Positions 57,818-64,000 of a stretch of 64,000 bases of DNA are shown one piece after another. Both the position numbers and the translations under genes were made by a program. Each line of letters opens with the position of its first letter. Position 1 is the stretch's first letter. This DNA comes from Hyphomonadaceae bacterium (lineage in GTDB: Bacteria; Pseudomonadota; Alphaproteobacteria; Caulobacterales; Aquidulcibacteraceae): assembly GCA_033764855.1 (NCBI GenBank), contig JANRIP010000005.1:102240-166239 (forward strand). Reading direction: 5' to 3'. The notes under the pieces are model-generated. The model did no database searches. It saw nothing but the letters and a program-made list of their open reading frames with translations, and was not told the DNA's origin.

Positions 57818-58317
57818 CACCCATTCCCGGGGCGCCGCGCAGCGGCGAGCCCGGGACCCATAAACTGGCTTGTCTAAAGATTGCCATTTGCTGCGCCCCG
57901 CGCACAATTCCGCAATGCGCACTGACGAAAGCCGCCTGACCGCGACCTACATGCTCGCCAACCGCAAACACGGCACGCTTTATCTCGGTTCAGCGCTCGA
58001 CCTGGTTCAGCGCATGAGCGAACACAAATCCGGTCTCGGCTCCCAGTTCGTCGCGAAATATGGGCTGGATCGGCTTGTTTGGTTTGAGCCATTTATGCTC
58101 GTCTCAGAGGCGCGCGACCGCGAATACCAACTGAAGAAATGGCGGCGAGACTGGAAGATCAATCTCATCGAGCATGAAAATCCAGACTGGGATGACCTCT
58201 ATCCCACGCTTACAGGCGGAACGCCGATGCGCTCTCGCTGGCGTCCAGGCTAGACTTCAAAACAAACGTGTTTATGGGTCCCGGACTTGGCGCTTTGCGC
58301 CAATCCGGGAATGGGTG
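57818..58317. mobile_element. family-B nested-palindrome element carrying a GIY-YIG gene (B1, putative mobile unit)
   Basis: Outer IR cacccattcccgg (57818-57830) / ccgggaatgggtg (58305-58317). Inner IR ccgggacccataaac (57851-57865) / gtttatgggtcccgg (58270-58284). Arm hairpins cgccgc-gca-gcggcg and ttggcgc-ttt-gcgccaa. The gene occupies the loop. Confidence 0.7.
57915..58253 (+). CDS. GIY-YIG nuclease family protein
   Basis: Start at MRTDESRLTATYMLANRKHGTLYLG. Shares GTLY[IL]G, KYG, LVWFE, LKKWRRDWK, LIE, NP.W.DL with the 22633..22953 protein. Confidence 0.8.
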   Translation: MRTDESRLTATYMLANRKHGTLYLGSALDLVQRMSEHKSGLGSQFVAKYGLDRLVWFEPFMLVSEARDREYQLKKWRRDWKINLIEHENPDWDDLYPTLTGGTPMRSRWRPG

Positions 58318-58349
58318 TTCAAACACCGCTCACCAATTCGGAGCCGCTT

Positions 58350-59237
58350 ATGACCGCCCGCATCATTGATGGAAAAGCCGTTGCCGCCAGCGTGCGTGCT
58401 GACGTGGCGAAGGCGGTGGCGGCGCTGCCGGGGCAGCCGGCGCTCGCCGTGGTGTTGGTCGGCGACAATCCGGCCAGCCATGTTTATGTGGCGTCGAAAG
58501 TGAAGATGACGGCGGAAGCCGGCATGCGCTCGGTAGAGATCCGCCTGCCTGCCGACACGAGCGAATCCGAGTTGATCTCGAAAGTGTCCGCGCTCTCAAA
58601 CGATCCGGAGATGGACGGCATTCTCGTTCAGCTGCCGCTGCCTAAGCACATCAGCGAGCCCAAAGTGCTGGCGGCGATCGATCCGATGAAGGATGTGGAC
58701 GGCCTCACCGAAGCCAGCGCCGGCAAGCTGGTGCTTGGCAAGCCGGGCCTCAGGCCCTGCACGCCGGTTGGCTGCGTGATCTTGGCGAAAACCGAGCGGG
58801 CTGATCTCACTGGCGCCAATGTCGTGGTGATTGGCCGCTCCATTCTGGTGGGCAAGCCTGCAGCGTTGCTCTTCCTCGAACAGAACGCCACCGTGACCAT
58901 CGCTCACTCCAAGACGCGCGATCTGAAAATGGTGTGCCGCGGCGCAGATATTCTCGTCGCCGCCGTGGGGCGGCCGGAAATGGTGCAGGCCGATTGGGTG
59001 CGCCCGGGCGCGATCGTGATCGATGTCGGCACCAATCGCGTGCCCGCGCCCGAAAAAGGCGAAGACAAAACCAAGCTGGTCGGCGATGTGCATTTCCCTA
59101 CCGTCAGCCAGGTGGCCGCCGCGATCACGCCCTCGCCCGGCGGGGTGGGGCCGATGACCATCGCCTGCCTGTTGCGCAATACGGTGATCGCCGCCTGCGC
59201 CCGGCGGGGCTGGCCGCTGCCCGACGCCCTCGCCTAA
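58350..59237 (+). CDS. folD: bifunctional methylenetetrahydrofolate dehydrogenase/cyclohydrolase
   Basis: Start trimmed to [13 protein letters not shown]. Motifs [35 protein letters not shown]. Confidence 0.92.
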   Translation: MTARIIDGKAVAASVRADVAKAVAALPGQPALAVVLVGDNPASHVYVASKVKMTAEAGMRSVEIRLPADTSESELISKVSALSNDPEMDGILVQLPLPKHISEPKVLAAIDPMKDVDGLTEASAGKLVLGKPGLRPCTPVGCVILAKTERADLTGANVVVIGRSILVGKPAALLFLEQNATVTIAHSKTRDLKMVCRGADILVAAVGRPEMVQADWVRPGAIVIDVGTNRVPAPEKGEDKTKLVGDVHFPTVSQVAAAITPSPGGVGPMTIACLLRNTVIAACARRGWPLPDALA

Positions 59238-59360
59238 GCAATGAATGCTGCGCATGCGAGCAGGATGGAGGGTTCATCTTGCGCGCGACGCACGGCGCTT
59301 GTGGTGAGTTCTGCCCCGGTCTAGCTTCCGCCCCCATCGGGACCAGGGAGGTACGGGACA

Positions 59361-60977
59361 GTGACAGCGACAACAGAGGGCGGAAAACCAACCCCGCCGC
59401 TAGGACGTCTCTTCCTGCGCAAGAGCGTTGAGCAAATGCACGCCGAACATGAAGCCGGCGAACTGAAAAAATCGCTCGGCGCACTCAATCTCGTTCTGCT
59501 CGGCATTGGCTGCATTATCGGCACCGGCATTTTCGTGCTGACCGGCCGTGCGGCGGCGGAATTCGCCGGCCCCGGCATCATGATCTCGTTCGTGATCACC
59601 GGCGCGCTCTGCGCTTTCGTCGCCCTCGCCTACGCCGAGCTGGCGGCGGCGATTCCGGTTTCGGGTTCCGCTTACTCCTACTCCTACGCCTCCATGGGCG
59701 AGTTGGTGGCTTGGGTGATGGGCTTGTTGCTCGTGCTCGAATATGGCCTCGCCGCTTCAACCGTCGCGGTGGGCTGGTCGGGGTACGTCGTCAGCTTCTT
59801 GGCCGATTACAACATTCACATCCCAACCGCGCTGCAAGCCGCGCCGGGGGTCGAGGTGACCGACCACGCCACGGGCGAAGTGATTGGCGTTGGAGTCGTC
59901 AATCTGCCCGCCCTGTTGGCGATCGGCGCGGTGACGCTGTTGCTCACAGTGGGCGTTTCAGAATCCGCGACGGTCAATAATGTCGTCGTCGCGATCAAGG
60001 TCACGGTGGTGATCGCCTTCATCGTAATTGGCGCGCCCTACGTCGACACGGCCAATTGGGTGCCGCTCGTGCCCGAGCAAGTGCCCGCGCCCCCGCCTGG
60101 CACGGACATGAGTTTCGGAGCTCAGCTTGGCCGCGCGCTGATGGATGTGATCACCGCGCGCGAAGATGCGCCGGTTTACGGCATTGGCGGTTTGATCACC
60201 GCAGCAGCCACCATCTTCTTCGCTTACATTGGATTTGAGGCGGTCTCGACCGCCGGCGCGGAATCGAAGAACCCGGCCAGAGACATGCCGATTGGCATTC
60301 TCGGCTCGCTGATCGTCTGCACCATTTTGTACATCCTCACCTGCGCGGTGCTGGTTGGCATTGTGCCCTACCAGCAGCTCAACAATCCCGCGCCCATCGC
60401 CATGGCGGTCGACGCGATCGGCCTCGGCTGGTTTGCGACGCTGGTGAAGATTGGCGCCATTGCCGGCCTTTCTTCGGTGATGCTGGTGCTGCTCTACGGC
60501 CAGACCCGCATCTTCTACACCATGGCGCGCGATGGGTTGATCCCGCCTGTGTTCGCCAACGTGCACTCCAAGTTCAAGACGCCCTGGGTGAACACGCTCT
60601 TGGTGGGCGCTCTGGCGGCGGGCTTTGCCGGCTTTATGAGCCTCGATGCGCTGGCGAACCTCACCAATGTCGGCACCCTGGTGGCGTTCGGCATTATCTG
60701 CCTCACTGTGATGTATCTGCGTTTTGCGTCGCCGAACATGAAGCGGCCATTCAAGATGCCGGCTTGGATCGCCTTCCCGGTTTGCTTGCTGGGCGCGCTG
60801 ATGTGCTTCTTGCTGCTGATGGCGCTGATGGGCCATGTGCAGACCCGGAACTTCTTCCTGGTCTATCTGGCGCTCGGCCTCATCGTGTACTTCGTGTACG
60901 GCATGTGGAACTCGAAGCTCGGCCGCGGCATCACTGTCACCGGCACGACCGACGAGCCAAACCCGACGCAGCCCTAA
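59361..60977 (+). CDS. amino acid permease (APC superfamily, cationic amino acid transporter-like)
   Basis: 538 aa, about 12-14 TM. Motifs GIGCIIGTGIFVLTG and FAYIGFEAVSTAGAESKNP. GTG start. Confidence 0.88.
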   Translation: MTATTEGGKPTPPLGRLFLRKSVEQMHAEHEAGELKKSLGALNLVLLGIGCIIGTGIFVLTGRAAAEFAGPGIMISFVITGALCAFVALAYAELAAAIPVSGSAYSYSYASMGELVAWVMGLLLVLEYGLAASTVAVGWSGYVVSFLADYNIHIPTALQAAPGVEVTDHATGEVIGVGVVNLPALLAIGAVTLLLTVGVSESATVNNVVVAIKVTVVIAFIVIGAPYVDTANWVPLVPEQVPAPPPGTDMSFGAQLGRALMDVITAREDAPVYGIGGLITAAATIFFAYIGFEAVSTAGAESKNPARDMPIGILGSLIVCTILYILTCAVLVGIVPYQQLNNPAPIAMAVDAIGLGWFATLVKIGAIAGLSSVMLVLLYGQTRIFYTMARDGLIPPVFANVHSKFKTPWVNTLLVGALAAGFAGFMSLDALANLTNVGTLVAFGIICLTVMYLRFASPNMKRPFKMPAWIAFPVCLLGALMCFLLLMALMGHVQTRNFFLVYLALGLIVYFVYGMWNSKLGRGITVTGTTDEPNPTQP

Positions 60978-60999
60978 GGGCGAGCTTCGGCTCAAACAT

Positions 61000-61034
61000 G
61001 CGCCGCCATCGCAAGATGGCGGCGCTTTTGTTTT
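61000..61034 (+). terminator. rho-independent terminator
   Basis: gcgccgccatc-gcaa-gatggcggcgc followed by ttttgtttt, 23 nt after the permease stop. Confidence 0.75.
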
Positions 61035-61067
61035 GGGGCTAAGCCTGCACGCAGGAGACACGGACCC

Positions 61068-61361
61068 ATGCCAATTGCGAAACTCGGCGCCTCCGCCGCC
61101 CTTGCGCAGCTGCCGACCTGGAGCGTCGTCATCGGGCGCGACGCCATCTTCAAGCAATTCCGCTTCGCCGATTTCAATCAGGCGTTCGGCTTCATGACCC
61201 AGGCAGCGCTCTATGCCGATAAGCATGACCATCACCCGGAATGGTCCAATGTCTATAATCGCGTTGACGTAACGCTCACCACGCATGACGCCGACGGCGT
61301 GACGGAGAAAGATGTTGCGCTGGCGCGCTTCATGGATGAAGCCGCCGCGCGCTTTGCTTGA
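61068..61361 (+). CDS. phhB: 4a-hydroxytetrahydrobiopterin dehydratase
   Basis: 97 aa with F.F.DF..AF.FM...A..A.K.DHHPEW.NVYN.V...L.THD motif. Confidence 0.9.
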   Translation: MPIAKLGASAALAQLPTWSVVIGRDAIFKQFRFADFNQAFGFMTQAALYADKHDHHPEWSNVYNRVDVTLTTHDADGVTEKDVALARFMDEAAARFA

Positions 61362-61387
61362 ATCGCATCGATAATGAGGAGGCGCGC

Positions 61388-62167
61388 ATGAGCGGCCGGC
61401 TGCAGGGCAAGAAGATTTTCATCACCGGCGCGGCGCAGGGGCTGGGCGCGGCCATCGCCAAGGGCGCGGCGGGCGAAGGCGCCAAGGTCGCGCTGGCGGA
61501 CATTAATGCGAGCGGCGCTGAGGCGATGGCGGCGGCGATCAACGCCCAGCAGGGCGCAGGCACGGCCTTCGCCTATGCGCTCGATGTCACCAATGAGGCG
61601 CAGTGGATCGCGGCGCTTGAGGCGGCTAACACAGCCATGGGCGGCATATCGGGCTTGGTCAACAATGCAGGCATTGGCGGCGGCCATCGCGGCATTGAGG
61701 AAACCGAGCTCAGCGAGTTTCGCCATGTGATGAGCGTGAATGTCGATTCCGTGTTTCTAGGCGCCAAGCACTGCATCAAGTATTTGGCCAAGAACCAGCC
61801 CGGTTCGATCGTGAATCTCTCTTCGATCGCCGGGCTGATCGCCGCGCACAACATGCCAGCCTACAACGCGTCGAAGGCGGCGGTGTGGTTGCTCTCGAAA
61901 AGCATCGCGCTGTATTGCGCCAAGAAGAAACTCGACGTGCGCTCCAATTCGCTGCACCCCACCTTCATCGATACGCCGATCCTCGATCCGTTTCGGGAAA
62001 TGTTCGGCAAGGAAGACGCAGAGGCGAAGCTGGCGCGGCAGATTCCGCTTGGCCGCATTGGCCGCCCCGAGGATATCGCAAACGCAGCAATTTATCTCCT
62101 CTCAGACGAAAGCCGCTTTATCACCGCCTCGGAGATCAAACTGGACGGCGGCATCTCGGCCATGTGA
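61388..62167 (+). CDS. SDR family oxidoreductase
   Basis: Start at MSGRLQGKKIFITGAAQGLG (AGGAGG upstream). Motifs NNAG and catalytic YNASK. Confidence 0.88.
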   Translation: MSGRLQGKKIFITGAAQGLGAAIAKGAAGEGAKVALADINASGAEAMAAAINAQQGAGTAFAYALDVTNEAQWIAALEAANTAMGGISGLVNNAGIGGGHRGIEETELSEFRHVMSVNVDSVFLGAKHCIKYLAKNQPGSIVNLSSIAGLIAAHNMPAYNASKAAVWLLSKSIALYCAKKKLDVRSNSLHPTFIDTPILDPFREMFGKEDAEAKLARQIPLGRIGRPEDIANAAIYLLSDESRFITASEIKLDGGISAM

Positions 62168-62220
62168 CTTGCCCCAATCCCGCCGGGCGCCGAGATGATA
62201 GTGTAGGAATAAAGGACAAG

Positions 62221-62709
62221 ATGATGCGCACTGCTTTCGCCGCTCTCCTCACTCTCACACTCGCTGCGTGCGGCCAGCAGCCCAGCGCGCCCGCCGACAC
62301 CAGCGCCCAGCCGGCGCAGGAAGCCGGCGCGGTGGAGTTCGGCTCTACACGCAACATGCCGGATTGGCTGTTCATCCTGCGCACCAATGATGGCGGCACC
62401 ATCCATTTCAACCAGCGCACCGTAACGCGCGCCGACGGCATGGCCGACATCTGGCTGCAGGTGCGCCATGGCCGCGATCAGCTCTTCGCCATGGAAAGTG
62501 AAACGCGCGAAACCGTGGTCCATTACGAGGTTGAGCGTCTGCATTATCGCTTCAACTGCCAGGACAATACGTTCGTGGTTGTTGAGCGCCAGATCATGGG
62601 CGCGAACGAGCAGGTGGTGGCGCGCAACGAGCCAACGCAGATTTACCGCGCTGTGCCCGAGGGCGGCGCCGCGGCGCATGTTCTGCCGATCGCCTGCCGC
62701 GGCGGCTAA
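62221..62709 (+). CDS. hypothetical lipoprotein
   Basis: Only the last 162 codons of ORF 61885..62709 are used. MMRTAFAALLTLTLAAC has a lipobox. No family recognised. Confidence 0.6.
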   Translation: MMRTAFAALLTLTLAACGQQPSAPADTSAQPAQEAGAVEFGSTRNMPDWLFILRTNDGGTIHFNQRTVTRADGMADIWLQVRHGRDQLFAMESETRETVVHYEVERLHYRFNCQDNTFVVVERQIMGANEQVVARNEPTQIYRAVPEGGAAAHVLPIACRGG

Positions 62710-63143
62710 GCCCCTCGGCGCTGGTAAAGAATGTTGGTGAGCAAAACACGCGCGCCCGTGGCGCCGAGCGTGCGATCCACAGCCTGCTGCATCAGCCGTG
62801 AGAGCACGTTGGGATCGGGCGCGGTGCGCTCGCGATAATAGACCGAAGCGTAAGTCGAGAGCGCGGTGCGCAAGGCGTCGCGCAGGCGCGGGCCGGAAGC
62901 CGCCACGCGCCGGCGCAAAGCCGCATCCTGCACGTCAACCCCCATGTCGACCACGATGGTGCCCATGGTGGCCTCGCGGCGGATCACGGCGGCGGAGAGT
63001 GTCGGCAACGGAACGTACGACTCGGCCGATGTCAGCCGCTCTTGCCGGTCAGGAGGCGCGCTCTCGCTCCCCGAAGCCCAAGCGGGTCCGGCTGCAAGCG
63101 CCGCGACGGCGGCGATCATGAGGGCGCGGCGGCTGTGACGCAT
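62706..63143 (-). CDS. hypothetical exported protein
   Basis: 145 aa with signal peptide MRHSRRALMIAAVAALAAGPAWA. No family confidently recognised. Confidence 0.55.
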   Translation of the reverse strand: MRHSRRALMIAAVAALAAGPAWASGSESAPPDRQERLTSAESYVPLPTLSAAVIRREATMGTIVVDMGVDVQDAALRRRVAASGPRLRDALRTALSTYASVYYRERTAPDPNVLSRLMQQAVDRTLGATGARVLLTNILYQRRGA

Positions 63144-63187
63144 GGCGCGTCAATGTGCTTAAGCTTGGCTAAAGAAGCGTGAATGAA

Positions 63188-64000
63188 TCAGCCTTCGGCT
63201 GCGAACATGGCGCGCAAGTCCACGGTGGAGCGTTCGCCAAGCGCTTGGAAATGAGCCCCGAGCCAGCGCTCGCAGGCGGCGCGTCCAACTTTGAACAGGC
63301 CTTCGAAATAGTAGAGATCAGTATTGAGGTCAGCGCCGATGGCGAGCGGGCTGAGCGCCTGGTCTTCGCTTACATTGTGGATCAGCATTTTGCGGTAGCG
63401 CCCTTCGGGCAGCCGGCTTTGATCGATCAGGCGAGCCACGAACTCAATCGCCCGCAATTCGCTGAGCAGACTGGCGTTGAAGGTGATCTCATTCATGCGC
63501 GCGCTAATGTCGGCGGCGTTGCGCGGCGCGCCTTCGCGCACGATTGGGTTCACTTGCACGATGAGGATGTCGCAAGTGGCTTGAATGTCGAATAGCGGGA
63601 AAAGCGCGGGATTGCCGACAAAGCCGCCATCCCAGTAAGGCGCGCCATCAATTTCCACCGCCTGGAAAAGCTGCGGCAAACACGCGGACGCCATCAAATG
63701 ATCGGCGGTCAGCTCCTTATTGCTGAAGATGCGGATGCGGCCAGTTTCAACATTGGTGGCCCCGATGAAGAGCGGGATCGCGTTGGGCGCGCGCACGCGC
63801 TCGAAATCCACCAGCTCCTCGACCACTTCCTTCAGCGGATTAAGATTGAGCGGGTTCAGATCATAGGGCGACGCCACGCGCGTGGCGACATCGGCCCACT
63901 GCGCCATGTAGGAACCCCAGCCGGGCGCAAACGAGTTGAGGAAAGCCAGCATGGGCGTGCGCCGATAGGGATTGGATCGCCCCGCGCGCGCGACACCCTC
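63188..64000 (-). CDS. patatin-like phospholipase family protein (5' end beyond window)
   Basis: The reading frame stays open to the window edge upstream of the listed Met. The C-terminal half of a patatin domain is present, with the catalytic-Asp motif YWDGGFVGNPAL. Confidence 0.8.
   Translation of the reverse strand, partial: EGVARAGRSNPYRRTPMLAFLNSFAPGWGSYMAQWADVATRVASPYDLNPLNLNPLKEVVEELVDFERVRAPNAIPLFIGATNVETGRIRIFSNKELTADHLMASACLPQLFQAVEIDGAPYWDGGFVGNPALFPLFDIQATCDILIVQVNPIVREGAPRNAADISARMNEITFNASLLSELRAIEFVARLIDQSRLPEGRYRKMLIHNVSEDQALSPLAIGADLNTDLYYFEGLFKVGRAACERWLGAHFQALGERSTVDLRAMFAAEG

Overview
High-GC (by eye about two-thirds G+C) bacterial chromosomal segment. Gene content and repeat types look alphaproteobacterial, which is an inference. 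I can support about 65 protein-coding genes, one tRNA-Ala(CGC), a TPP riboswitch ahead of thiC and a cobalamin riboswitch ahead of a BtuFCD-type ABC importer. I see no rRNA, CRISPR array, integrase or transposase. Most genes are housekeeping or metabolic: clpB, gabD, ald/lrp, acs, DAHP synthase, thiC, folD, msrAB-dipZ, and a large polyamine/beta-alanine cluster with potFGHI-type transport, two glutamine-synthetase-like genes, puuD, two class-III aminotransferases and panD. The unusual content is non-coding and small-gene structure. (1) Three families of nested-palindrome repeats (here called A, B, C) are physically tied to small nuclease genes. One GIY-YIG gene sits inside the loop of a B element that also exists as a 63-bp gene-less copy. 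A second GIY-YIG gene is bracketed by two inverted A elements. A DUF559 (Vsr-like) gene and another orphan ORF are embedded in a mosaic of C elements. (2) A visibly AT-richer orphan gene next to that mosaic has a HEPN-like Rx4H motif. (3) Two tandem paralogous 30-codon hydrophobic peptide genes end in the same QAAQIVA. (4) A Trp/Phe-rich 24-codon mini-ORF plus terminator, with an alternative pairing, lies directly upstream of the DAHP synthase gene. (5) A MarR-GNAT fusion gene is divergent from acs, with a perfect AT-rich palindrome between them. All functional calls rest on motif and family recognition by eye; no database search was run.
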